The position numbers and the translations under genes are program-made. Positions 1 through 8,748 of a stretch of DNA of 64,000 bases are shown here, piece after piece; the stretch's first letter is position 1, and each line of letters opens with the position of its first letter. Origin of the DNA: Deltaproteobacteria bacterium (GTDB lineage Bacteria > Desulfobacterota > Deferrimicrobia > Deferrimicrobiales > Deferrimicrobiaceae); assembly GCA_050263095.1 (NCBI GenBank), contig JBLNEW010000043.1:986-64985 (forward strand). Direction: 5' to 3'. Below the pieces are notes generated by a model. The model was not told where the DNA came from, ran no database searches, and saw nothing but the letters and a program-made list of their open reading frames with translations.

Positions 1-774
1 CGCTGCCCGCTCAAGGCTTGAGAAAATGTCACCCAGGTACCCCCGATTCCCCTGCCCGAACCCGAAATGCCGGCCTATCCGCTCCGCAAGACCGCGAACC
101 CCCTCCCGCTGGAAATCATGAGCGCCATGCACTTTCTCGAGCAGAGAGGAGATTCTCCGTCTATCGATGGTTCCTTCGATACGCCGCAGTTCTTCGAGGA
201 AGCTTCCGGCGTTGTCCCCCGCGTACCCCTGGGCCAGGCCGAAGGCCGCCGCCTGCTTTCCGTCCATGGTGGAGGCGGTGAGAGCGTAGAACTTGGCCGC
301 CGCCGCGCCCATTCGCTTCGGCAGGAACCAGGTGGCGCCGTTTCCCGGGACGAGGCCGACCTTGACTTCGGGCAGCCGTATCAGGGTGGTCGAGTCGGCG
401 ATCATGAAGTCGGCCGAGGCGGCAAGGCCCAGGGCCGATCCCTCGCATATGCCCCGAACGAGGCTGATCGTAGGTATCCGGAGACCGCGAATCTTGTCGC
501 AAAGGTTTTTTTGATCGGCTAGAAAACGGTACGCAAGGTGCGCGGAGCCGGGATCCAGAAGATGGCGCATGACTTCCGGATAATCCGCGCCGGCCGAGAA
601 GTTATCCCCCCCCGCCAGCGCCAGCGCTCGGACCGCGCTGTTCCCGGCAACGAGATCCACAAGCTCGATGAAGCGGGCGATGTCCTCCAGGCGCGGCGAG
701 TTGAGCCCGTCCGGGCTCTCCATCCGGATGACGGCAACGCCGTCGCTTCCAACGTCCAGATTAACCAGGCTCAT
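1..774 (-). CDS. Enoyl-CoA hydratase/isomerase (crotonase) family protein, 3-hydroxyisobutyryl-CoA hydrolase-like; 3' end runs off the window
   Basis: Not in ORF track (no stop in window). Manual translation from ATG 774: MSLVNLDVGSDGVAVIRM...NFSAGADY...IPTISLVRGICEGSALGLAASADFMIA...RLPEVKVGLVPGNGATWFLPKRMG, crotonase motifs. Confidence 0.85.
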   Translation of the reverse strand, partial: MSLVNLDVGSDGVAVIRMESPDGLNSPRLEDIARFIELVDLVAGNSAVRALALAGGDNFSAGADYPEVMRHLLDPGSAHLAYRFLADQKNLCDKIRGLRIPTISLVRGICEGSALGLAASADFMIADSTTLIRLPEVKVGLVPGNGATWFLPKRMGAAAAKFYALTASTMDGKQAAAFGLAQGYAGDNAGSFLEELRRIEGTIDRRRISSLLEKVHGAHDFQREGVRGLAERIGRHFGFGQGNRGYLGDIFSSLERAA

Positions 775-959
775 CCCGGCCCCGCCCCGTGTCTTCGAGC
801 CTACGTCACCGCAATATGATTCGGCAGGTTTCGCGAAAGATTCCTCCTTCGGCGCGATAGGTCTTGATCGTCGCGGCTTGTTCGCCATAATTTTGTCCTG
901 ATTTGCATCTAACAGGGTGTCCGTCCAGTTTTTCCGCCGCCGGATCCTTAGGGGAGGCA

Positions 960-2084
960 ATGAAACTTGCCGTAACAAGAGAGGTTCGCGAGGGTGAAAG
1001 GCGGGTCGCCCTCGTCCCCGAGTCGTGCAGGAAGATGGTGCAGGCGGGGATCGAGGTTACGGTGGAAAGCGGCGCGGGGGATTCCGCGTTCTTCGCCGAC
1101 GATTCCTACCGGGAAGCCGGCGCCGCGATCGGGAGCGACGTCGCCGTTCTGCTGGGGGGCGCCGACTTCGTCCTCAAGGTGCAGCCTCCTTCGATCCATC
1201 CGGCTTTAGGCGTTCACGAGGCGGACCTGATGCGGGAGGGGGCGATGCTGCTGGGTACGCTCGCTCCGTCGAGATTCCCCGACGTGGTCGAGAAACTTGC
1301 CGCGCGCAGGATCAGCGCGTTCTCCACGGACCGGATTCCGCGAATCTCCCGCGCGCAGTCGATGGATACACTCTCATCGATGGCTAACATCGCAGGATAC
1401 AGGTCGGTGCTGATCGCCGCCAACGCGCTGCCGAGATACTTCCCGATGCTTATGACCGCTGCCGGCACGGTATTTCCCGCGAAGGTATTCGTGATCGGCG
1501 CGGGTGTCGCGGGGCTCCAGGCGATCGCCACGGCCCGGAGGCTGGGGGCCGCGGTGGAAGCCACCGATACCCGCCCCGCCGTGAAGGAGCAGGTGGAAAG
1601 CCTTGGCGCGCGCTTCGTCGGGGTCGAAACCGGGGAGAGCGCGCAGGACGCTTCGGGCTATGCCAGGGAGCTCTCTCCGGAATTCTACCGCAGGCAGGCC
1701 GAGCTCATCGCCGGGCGCTGCGCCGCCGCCGACGCGGTGATCGCGACGGCGCTGATCGGAGGGATCACGGCGCCCAGGCTCATCACCGCGGAGATGGTCC
1801 GCGCGATGAAGCCGGGGTCGGTGATCGTCGACATCGCGGCCGAGGGTGGAGGCAACTGCGTGCTGACGCAGCCCGGCCGTACGGTCGTGGAGGGCGGGGT
1901 GACGATCTTCGGGCCGCTCAACCTTCCGTCCGAAATGCCGTGGCACGCAAGCACCCTGTACTCGCGGAACCTGGCCTCGTTCGTGCTGGCGTTCTGGAAG
2001 GACGGGAAATTCGACATCGACGTCGATGACGAAATCATCCGCGGCGCACTGATCACCCACCAAGGCGAAGCCCGGCGCTCCTGA
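960..2084 (+). CDS. pntA: NAD(P) transhydrogenase subunit alpha, part 1 (NAD-binding domain I)
   Basis: MKLAVTREVREGERRVALVP, RISRAQSMD, GAGVAG Rossmann motif, GGNC; SD GGGGAGG before ATG 960. Confidence 0.95.
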   Translation: MKLAVTREVREGERRVALVPESCRKMVQAGIEVTVESGAGDSAFFADDSYREAGAAIGSDVAVLLGGADFVLKVQPPSIHPALGVHEADLMREGAMLLGTLAPSRFPDVVEKLAARRISAFSTDRIPRISRAQSMDTLSSMANIAGYRSVLIAANALPRYFPMLMTAAGTVFPAKVFVIGAGVAGLQAIATARRLGAAVEATDTRPAVKEQVESLGARFVGVETGESAQDASGYARELSPEFYRRQAELIAGRCAAADAVIATALIGGITAPRLITAEMVRAMKPGSVIVDIAAEGGGNCVLTQPGRTVVEGGVTIFGPLNLPSEMPWHASTLYSRNLASFVLAFWKDGKFDIDVDDEIIRGALITHQGEARRS

Positions 2085-2107
2085 AAAAGGGGGAGGAGAG
2101 CATCCGC

Positions 2108-2404
2108 ATGAGCATGGATCTCGAGCTGGGCCTTTACGTATTCGTCCTTGCGACGTTTCTCGGCTTCCAGGTCATCCGCCGGGTGTCGCCGCTCCTGCAT
2201 ACGCCCCTTATGTCGCTTACCAACGCCATCTCGGCCATCGCGGTCGTGGGCTCCATCCTGGTTGCCGGCGAGCAGAAGACCACCCTGTCCACCGTCCTTG
2301 GGACCCTGGCGGTGACCTGCTCGATGATCAACATCGTCGGCGGCTACCTCATCACCTACCGGATGCTGCGGATGTTCAAGAAGAGCGGCAAGGGCAAGTC
2401 ATGA
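2108..2404 (+). CDS. pntA: NAD(P) transhydrogenase subunit alpha, part 2 (membrane)
   Basis: LHTPLMSLTNAIS motif, hydrophobic helices, lies between pntA1 and pntB. Confidence 0.93.
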   Translation: MSMDLELGLYVFVLATFLGFQVIRRVSPLLHTPLMSLTNAISAIAVVGSILVAGEQKTTLSTVLGTLAVTCSMINIVGGYLITYRMLRMFKKSGKGKS

Positions 2405-3777
2405 TCGATTCGTTCATCCCCCTCATCTACCTTGCCGCGGCGGTTTCGTTCATCCTCGCCTTGATGTGGCTCTCGGCCGTCGCGACGGCGCGCCGCGGAG
2501 TGATCGTGGGCGTGGCGGGGATGGCGCTTGCGGTGGGCGGTACGCTGCTCAAGCCCGAGATCGAAAGCTATCGCTGGATCGCGATCGCGTTCGTCGCGGG
2601 CACGGCCATCGGCATCCCCATGGCGATGATGCCCATGACCGCCGTGCCGCAGCGGACCGCGCTTTCCCACGCATTCGGGGCGCTGGCGGCGGCGCTGGTG
2701 GGCACCGCCGAGTTTTACCTGCGGACGCCGAACCTGGACCGGTTCACCATGGGCGCGCTGTCACTGGAAGTGCTGCTGGGATTTCTCACGTTCACCGCGT
2801 CAATGATGGCGTTCGGCAAGCTGCAGGAGATCCTTCCGACGCGGCCGATCACGTACCGCGGCCAGAATGTCATCAACCTTTCGCTGCTCGGCCTGGCGGC
2901 GGGCGCGGGCGCGTACCTGACGGCGCGTCCGGAAGCCACCTGGCTTTTTCCCGTGTTCGGCGCCCTGGCGCTGGTGTTCGGCGTGCTGCTCATAATTCCA
3001 ATCGGCGGGGCGGACATGCCGACGGTGATCTCGCTGCTGAACTCGTACGCGGGGCTTGCCGCCGCGGCCATGGGATTCGTCCTCAACAACAACCTGCTTA
3101 TCATAGCCGGCGCGCTGGACGGCTCCTCGGGCTTCATACTGTCGGTGATCATGTGCCGCGCGATGAACCGCTCTTTCACGAACGTCCTGTTCGGCGCGTT
3201 CGGCCAGGTGCAGCCGGATGCGTCGGCCGAAAAAGAGCAGCGCGCGGTGCGCAGCGCGACCCCTGAAGAGGCGGCGGGCATACTCCAGGCGGCCGGGCTG
3301 GTCATAGTCGTGCCCGGGTACGGGATGGCGGTCGCCCAGGCGCAGCACAAGGTGCGGGAGCTTTACGACGTGCTGACGAAGGCCGGCATCGAGGTGAAGT
3401 TCGCGATTCACCCGGTGGCCGGCCGCATGCCCGGGCACATGAACGTGCTCCTTGCGGAAGCCGACATCCCGTACGACAAGCTGATGGAGATGGAGGACGT
3501 CAACTCCGAGTTCCCCCAGGCCGACGTCGCGCTCGTGATCGGCGCCAACGACGTCACCAATCCCGCGGCGCGCCACGACCGGGGAAGCCCGATCTACGGC
3601 ATGCCGATCCTGGACGTCGACAGGGCGCGCACCGTGATGGTCGTCAAGCGCAGCATGAGCCCGGGCTTCGCAGGCATCGACAACGATCTTTATTACATGG
3701 ACCGGACGCTCATGGTTTTCGGCGACGCCAAGGGGGTTGTCGGTAATATCGTCAAGGAGCTTTCAGGCGGCAGGTAA
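2401..3777 (+). CDS. pntB: NAD(P) transhydrogenase subunit beta
   Basis: GGADMPTVISLLNSY, PGYGMAVAQAQ, HPVAGRMPGHMNVLLAEA, IGANDVTNP. Confidence 0.97.
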   Translation: MIDSFIPLIYLAAAVSFILALMWLSAVATARRGVIVGVAGMALAVGGTLLKPEIESYRWIAIAFVAGTAIGIPMAMMPMTAVPQRTALSHAFGALAAALVGTAEFYLRTPNLDRFTMGALSLEVLLGFLTFTASMMAFGKLQEILPTRPITYRGQNVINLSLLGLAAGAGAYLTARPEATWLFPVFGALALVFGVLLIIPIGGADMPTVISLLNSYAGLAAAAMGFVLNNNLLIIAGALDGSSGFILSVIMCRAMNRSFTNVLFGAFGQVQPDASAEKEQRAVRSATPEEAAGILQAAGLVIVVPGYGMAVAQAQHKVRELYDVLTKAGIEVKFAIHPVAGRMPGHMNVLLAEADIPYDKLMEMEDVNSEFPQADVALVIGANDVTNPAARHDRGSPIYGMPILDVDRARTVMVVKRSMSPGFAGIDNDLYYMDRTLMVFGDAKGVVGNIVKELSGGR

Positions 3778-3954
3778 CTCTTGTTTGAATACTTTATCCC
3801 CGTAATAAAACATCGATACCCGACTAGCGAGTATTATTAGCGTGAAATGCAAATACTGTAATTATAATAAATAGTTAATTCGTATCTGAAATTATTCCCG
3901 GAATCCGGTTTTTATAAAATCCTGTTTTTTTAGCTGCTTTGTCCCTTCGTGGAT

Positions 3955-3969
3955 TGGCCCGGATATTGC
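3955..3969 (+). promoter_or_regulatory. Putative sigma54 (-24/-12) promoter
   Basis: TGGCCC-GGATA-TTGC, preceded by an AT-rich tract (3778-3940) and ~80 nt upstream of the CDS at 4051. Confidence 0.7.
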
Positions 3970-4050
3970 GGGAAGAGACGGCGTAACAGTGCCGGCACAC
4001 CTGGATCTACTTACCGTGGGCGCAATTTTCAAATGGGGGGAGGAAAGGCG

Positions 4051-4920
4051 ATGAAGACGGGCAAAGGGACTGGAAGCATGGCGAAGAGGGCGGGGTATGC
4101 GGTGCTCGCGTTGTGCCTTTTGGTGTTGCTGACGGGATCCGCATTTTCGGCGGGCGAATCTCCGGGGATTTTGGGCGCCGTGGACGAGATGAGGGCGGGA
4201 GAACTTTCCCATAAGATGGGCAAGGCAGTCACCGTCCCCGCTTTCGGCTGCCCCGACCTTGCGTACACCGACACATTCAAGGCGAAAGATCTGGGGTACA
4301 TCTATTCGGCCGGCTTCGCGGAGGCCATCAACGCCGTCGCAAGCGGCAATTCCGCGTACTCCCCGCCGGAGATTCCCGCGGGGTGGAAGGCGGCCGCGGT
4401 CGAATGGAGAGAATACCTTGAGGCATACCCGGAAGGAGAGGCGGGGCCGTCCCGTCAGCCCGCATTCACGAACCGCGAGGGCAGGTTCGACATAGAGCCT
4501 CTTCTCTCCAAGGAGGCCTGCACGCCCGCCCTTCTCTACCTGGCATCTCTCGATTATCGGTCGAAGCCCGGGAACAAGGGGGTGGCCCCGGTATTTCCGC
4601 GCATAGTGCGAAACGCCGTCATCGACCTTGGAACGCAGGTCGTCGCGAAGAACCGCATGGCGCCGGCATATGCCAGGCGCGCCGCCACGGTCATGGCCAA
4701 GATTACCGAAGCGGAACGGATGGGCGCGAAGGATTGCCAGCCTGACGAGCTCGCGCAGACGAAGGCCGAGCTGAACCGCGCCCGCGCCGATGCGGCCGGA
4801 GTGAGGAAAGGCGTGCAGGAGACCGATGCGGCGTTCGCCAAGGCGGAAAAGGCGGCCGACTCCCTCCTTACCAAAAGGCAGTTCGCGATGCAGAAGGGCT
4901 TCAAGTGCTATCCGGAGTGA
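4051..4920 (+). CDS. Exported hypothetical protein with C-terminal DUF4398-like helical domain
   Basis: SD GGAGG before ATG 4051; signal peptide YAVLALCLLVLLTGSAFSA; C-terminal AERMGAKDCQPDELAQTKAEL resembles DUF4398. Confidence 0.6.
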   Translation: MKTGKGTGSMAKRAGYAVLALCLLVLLTGSAFSAGESPGILGAVDEMRAGELSHKMGKAVTVPAFGCPDLAYTDTFKAKDLGYIYSAGFAEAINAVASGNSAYSPPEIPAGWKAAAVEWREYLEAYPEGEAGPSRQPAFTNREGRFDIEPLLSKEACTPALLYLASLDYRSKPGNKGVAPVFPRIVRNAVIDLGTQVVAKNRMAPAYARRAATVMAKITEAERMGAKDCQPDELAQTKAELNRARADAAGVRKGVQETDAAFAKAEKAADSLLTKRQFAMQKGFKCYPE

Positions 4921-4953
4921 GGTGATTCCGGCTGGCTGGCTGCCGGGGGAGGG

Positions 4954-5637
4954 TCAGGATTCCTTGACGTGGACGTAATCGCGCAGCCGTGCGCGGTCCA
5001 CGATGAGGTTCCTGCCCTCCCTGCGGATGAGGCCGATCTCCTCGAATTTGTGCAGCTGGATGGTGACGGTCTCCCTGGTGGTACCGATCAGGTTTGCAAG
5101 GTCCTCGTGCGTCAGCTTCAGGGCGATCTTCGTCCCGGTCCGGGTGTCCTCGCCGATGTCTTCGGCCAGATGAAGCAGCTCCTTCGCCAGCCTATGGTAT
5201 GCCCACGCGTGAATGAGGCCCGCGAACTCGCGCTCGACCTCCATCAGCCGGCGCGCCAAAAGCCTCGCGTAGTTCGACGCGAATACCGGGCTGGTGCGCA
5301 GGATTTCAAGGAAGTCTTTGCGTGAAAGGACGCCCGCCTGCACATCGGTCAGTGCGATCGCGGAGAAGGGCCGCTGTCCCTGGACCAGCAGAAGCTCCCC
5401 GAATACGTCGTCCGCGCGAACGATGTGAAGGATCGATTCTGTCCCCCTCTCCGAGAGGGACACGAGCTTCACGAGCCCCTTCCTCACTATGAAAAGGGAA
5501 TCCGCCGGGCCCCCTTCGTAAAACAGGGCGGCGTCGCGGTCGTATTTTCTGTCGGCGAACAGTCCGGCGATCCTCCGGGCTTCCTCCTCCGGGATGCCCT
5601 GGAGCAATTCACCAGCGGTCTGAAAGGGCAGCGGCAC
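4954..5637 (-). CDS. Crp/Fnr family transcriptional regulator (paralog 1)
   Basis: cNMP-fold motifs (LFIVRKGLVKL, FGE), HTH LTHEDLANLIGTTRETVT; GTG start. Confidence 0.93.
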   Translation of the reverse strand: MPLPFQTAGELLQGIPEEEARRIAGLFADRKYDRDAALFYEGGPADSLFIVRKGLVKLVSLSERGTESILHIVRADDVFGELLLVQGQRPFSAIALTDVQAGVLSRKDFLEILRTSPVFASNYARLLARRLMEVEREFAGLIHAWAYHRLAKELLHLAEDIGEDTRTGTKIALKLTHEDLANLIGTTRETVTIQLHKFEEIGLIRREGRNLIVDRARLRDYVHVKES

Positions 5638-5705
5638 GCCCTTATTGTAGTCTTACGGCAATCGGTATTCCATCATCCTCAAAGCGGGATTACGGGATAA
5701 AGAGC

Positions 5706-5762
5706 AGGTCCCGGAGCCCCCGGCGCACCGATCCGTCACGGTCCACCCGGAACTCCGAGACC
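5706..5762 (-). terminator. Stem-loop downstream of small gene 5764-5976
   Basis: AGGTC-C-CGGAG...CTCCG-A-GACCT imperfect inverted repeat; no clear U-tract. Confidence 0.35.
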
Positions 5763-5763
5763 T

Positions 5764-5976
5764 TCAGGCGGCAAGCCGAACCCTCTCCCTGGCGGGAGGA
5801 GCGACCTCGACGGTCCCGGGGATCGGCCACTCGGCCCAAAGCAGCCGGATTCCCGCCTTCTCGGCTTCAGCCATGCCGGCAAGGAGAAGGCCCGCCACGA
5901 TGGCGACGAGGAACAGCAGACAGGTGAACGCAACGCCCAATTCCACGGTCAGGGTCTCGAAGTAGATGCCTTCCAT
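5764..5976 (-). CDS. Small membrane protein (70 aa), paralog family member 1
   Basis: SD GGGGGTGA; one TM helix then MAEAEKAGIRLLWAEWP; ends RLAA; similar to 10670-10879 and 12622-12837. Confidence 0.8.
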   Translation of the reverse strand: MEGIYFETLTVELGVAFTCLLFLVAIVAGLLLAGMAEAEKAGIRLLWAEWPIPGTVEVAPPARERVRLAA

Positions 5977-6000
5977 GGTGTTCACCCCCTTTCCGGCTAC

Positions 6001-6044
6001 AGTCTATTTCGCTACGGGGGGCGGGTTCAGTGAGGAAATTCACA
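6001..6044 (-). promoter_or_regulatory. CRP/HcpR-type box with class II promoter geometry
   Basis: Minus strand TGTGA-ATTTCC-TCACT (6044-6029), 22 nt, then -10 TAGACT (6006-6001). Confidence 0.7.
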
Positions 6045-6135
6045 AATTCGAATATGCTGTTGGCAGCGATTCCCGGGGGCACGTTCGAAAACCCGGTTGC
6101 GGGATCGCGACAGTCGTTGAGATAATCGCGAAACA

Positions 6136-7395
6136 ATGGGCGGAAAACGCATCATGTCGGTAACGCGTTCGGCTTGCCTGCTCCTCGCGCTTGGAGCGGT
6201 CCTGTTGGCCGGATGCGCGGCACCCCGGGCGGCGTACAGGGCGGGAGAAGACCTGCCTTACCCGTCGGATGGGCCGCCGGAGGCGGAGGAGATCCGCCAT
6301 ATCCCCACCGGGCTCAAGCTTTCGCTCGAGGCCGCGATGGACATGGTTTCCGCCGCCCGGTTGATCTGCGTCGGTGAAACGCACGACAACATGCATGCCC
6401 ACCGTGTGGAGCTGATGATCCTCCGCGATCTCCACAGGCGTTTCCCCGGGAAAGTGGCCATCGGCATGGAGATGTTCCGGGAGCCGGAGCAGGCGATCCT
6501 GGACCGTTGGACGAACGGCGAGCTTGCGGAGATCGAGTTCCTGAAGGCCGTGAAATGGTACGAGAACTGGGGATCGGATTTCGGCTACTACAGGGACATC
6601 CTCCGGTTCGCCAGGGAGAACCGGATCGACGTCGTGGCCCTGAACCCTTCGAAGGAGCTCCAGCAGGAAGTCAGGACCTCCGGCCTCGACAACGTCCCCG
6701 CGAAGTTCAAGTCGAAGCTCCCCGAGATCGGCCCGCCCGATCCTTATCAGCGCAAGGCGATGAAGGCGGTCTACGGCGCCCATCTTCGCACGGAGGGGAT
6801 GTTCGACGCGTTCTTCCGGGTGCAGCTGCTCTGGGAGGAGACGATGGCCGTGCGGATCGTCGACTACCTGCGGAGCCCGCGGGGAGAGGGAAAGAAGATG
6901 GTGACCTTCACCGGCGGGTGGCACGTCAAGTACGGATTCGGAATCCCGAAGAAGGTGATCCGCAGGATGCCGATGCCGTACGTAGTGGTCCTGCCGGCGG
7001 AGATCAGCATCCCGGAGGAGAAGAAGGACCAGATGATGGATGTGGATCTTCCGCCGATGCCGCTCCTGCCCGCCGACTTCGTCTGGTGGATCCCCTACGA
7101 GGGGCTGGAGGGAAAGCAGGCGGTAATGGGCATCATGATGGCATCGAAGGACAACGAGGTCGTCGTCGAGGGAGTTGCTCCGGGATCCCCCGCGGAGAAG
7201 GCGGGGATCGCGAAGGGAGACCGGATCGTCGCATTCGACGGGGAGCCCGTGTCAGATGTCACCGACGTGTTCCTCCGCGTCAGGGAGAAGAAGCACGGAG
7301 ACGAGGCGTCGGTGGCGGTCATCCGGGGCGGCGGGGAAAAAACGCTTAATGTGAGGTTCTTCCCCATTCCCGGGAAGAAGCCTCACCCGGATTAG
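6136..7395 (+). CDS. ChaN-family (haem-binding uptake/TIKI-like) lipoprotein with C-terminal PDZ domain
   Basis: Lipobox LLAGC; CVGETHDNMHAH, IGMEMF, QLLWEETMA, GGWHV; PDZ motif GSPAEKAGIAKGDRIVAFDG; start may be 6154. Confidence 0.85.
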   Translation: MGGKRIMSVTRSACLLLALGAVLLAGCAAPRAAYRAGEDLPYPSDGPPEAEEIRHIPTGLKLSLEAAMDMVSAARLICVGETHDNMHAHRVELMILRDLHRRFPGKVAIGMEMFREPEQAILDRWTNGELAEIEFLKAVKWYENWGSDFGYYRDILRFARENRIDVVALNPSKELQQEVRTSGLDNVPAKFKSKLPEIGPPDPYQRKAMKAVYGAHLRTEGMFDAFFRVQLLWEETMAVRIVDYLRSPRGEGKKMVTFTGGWHVKYGFGIPKKVIRRMPMPYVVVLPAEISIPEEKKDQMMDVDLPPMPLLPADFVWWIPYEGLEGKQAVMGIMMASKDNEVVVEGVAPGSPAEKAGIAKGDRIVAFDGEPVSDVTDVFLRVREKKHGDEASVAVIRGGGEKTLNVRFFPIPGKKPHPD

Positions 7396-7399
7396 GGCT

Positions 7400-8107
7400 T
7401 CAGCCGGCGCCTGCGCCGCGCATCCGCATCTCGTCGTGGCGGCCGAACTCCTCGAGCCGCTTCCTGTCGACGACGAGGAAGCCTTCCTCGCGTTTCACCA
7501 GCCCCATGCGCCGGAACTTGTTCAGCTGGGTCGTTACCGTTTCCCGAGTGGTCCCGATCAGGTTCGCGATGTCCTCGTGGGTCAGACGCAGGGGGATCAG
7601 GGTCCCCTTCGGGGTCTCCTGCCCGTGCTCGTCGCACAGTTCCAGCAGGACTCTCGAGAGGCGGTGGTAGGACCAGGTGTGCCCGAAGTCCGCGAACTCC
7701 CTTTCCACCTTCGCCAGCCGCCTCGACAGCAGACTGATGAAATTCCTCGATACGATGGGAATGGAGGTCAGCAGCTCCACAAGGCTGCCCTTGGGGATGA
7801 CGGTAACCGCGACGTCGGTGCCCGCGATTGCGGTCAGGGCCCTTCTCTCCTCGGAGAGCAGGAGCTCCCCGAAGATCGCCCCGGACTTCAGGATGTGGAG
7901 GATCGTCTCCGTCCCCTTGTCCGAGAGGGAGAGGATCCTCACCCTCCCGTCCTTGACGATGTAAAGCGAATCGGCCGAATCGCCTTTTGAGAAGATGGTC
8001 GCGCCTTTGCGATACCGCCGCTCGGCGCAAAGCCGTTCTATCCTGTGGGCTTCGGATTCGGTGACCCCCCTGAACAGCTCGGCGGCCGTGTGGAAGGTGA
8101 GCGGCAT
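7400..8107 (-). CDS. Crp/Fnr family transcriptional regulator (paralog 2)
   Basis: LYIVKDGRVRI, FGELLL, HTH LTHEDIANLIGTTRETVT; aligns end to end with 4954-5637. Confidence 0.93.
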   Translation of the reverse strand: MPLTFHTAAELFRGVTESEAHRIERLCAERRYRKGATIFSKGDSADSLYIVKDGRVRILSLSDKGTETILHILKSGAIFGELLLSEERRALTAIAGTDVAVTVIPKGSLVELLTSIPIVSRNFISLLSRRLAKVEREFADFGHTWSYHRLSRVLLELCDEHGQETPKGTLIPLRLTHEDIANLIGTTRETVTTQLNKFRRMGLVKREEGFLVVDRKRLEEFGRHDEMRMRGAGAG

Positions 8108-8113
8108 GACCCT

Positions 8114-8143
8114 ACTTTACAGCCGCCTCCATGGACAGTTCAA
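8114..8143 (-). promoter_or_regulatory. Putative sigma70 promoter of Crp paralog 2 (probably leaderless mRNA)
   Basis: TTGAAC-N18-TAAAGT, then 6 nt to ATG 8107; no SD. Confidence 0.55.
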
Positions 8144-8165
8144 CCGGCCAGGTTCCATTGCGCTC

Positions 8166-8525
8166 TCACGCCGCCTTGCGGTGTGCCGGCGCTCCGTGCG
8201 CTATCTCCTGCTTCCCTTCCGTCCGCGTTTCCTTCGACTCCGCGATGCCGGAACCCCGCCCCCTGCCCCCGATGCGCACGAGCACGATCAAGGCGAGCAG
8301 CCCGGGAAGGAGCGAAAAGGAAGCCGACCGCAGCGCTTCAAGCGGATCGAATGCGGAAAGAACGAACGGCGCGGCTTCGACGGGATACGCGCCCAAAGCG
8401 ACCGGGCCCGCCCACATCAGCCATTCGGGATCCGCCACCAGAAGGAGGAATGCATAGACGACAAAAAAGGTCCCGACGAAAAGTACCTCCGCCGTCGTTC
8501 CCCATTTTCCCTTGAGAGGTTTCAT
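8166..8525 (-). CDS. Small membrane protein (119 aa), hypothetical
   Basis: ATG 8525 after purine-rich RBS; two hydrophobic segments; ends RKAA; preceded by CRP-like box. Confidence 0.6.
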   Translation of the reverse strand: MKPLKGKWGTTAEVLFVGTFFVVYAFLLLVADPEWLMWAGPVALGAYPVEAAPFVLSAFDPLEALRSASFSLLPGLLALIVLVRIGGRGRGSGIAESKETRTEGKQEIAHGAPAHRKAA

Positions 8526-8583
8526 GCCTCTTGCCTCTTTCCCGGCCCTCCTTCCGTGCCGCCTCGTTCCCGGGCCTGTCTTC

Positions 8584-8626
8584 ACGGTAACGGATCGCCG
8601 CAGGGGCTTCCGTGAAAGCTTTTACA
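8584..8626 (-). promoter_or_regulatory. CRP/HcpR-type box with class II promoter geometry
   Basis: Minus strand TGTAA-AAGCTT-TCACG (8626-8611), 21 nt, then -10 TACCGT (8589-8584). Confidence 0.6.
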
Positions 8627-8684
8627 CACGGGAAAACAAGGCACCTCCCGGGGAGGGTGTGGGAGGCTTCACTCCAAACGCAGA

Positions 8685-8713
8685 GCGGGGAGGTTCGACG
8701 AGAACCTCCCCGC
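8685..8713 (-). terminator. Hairpin terminator downstream of MFS gene
   Basis: Perfect 12-bp stem GCGGGGAGGTTC/GAACCTCCCCGC with 5-nt loop. Confidence 0.65.
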
Positions 8714-8748
8714 GGAGCTGTTGCTGTTTCCAGGGATCGGGTCCCTGT

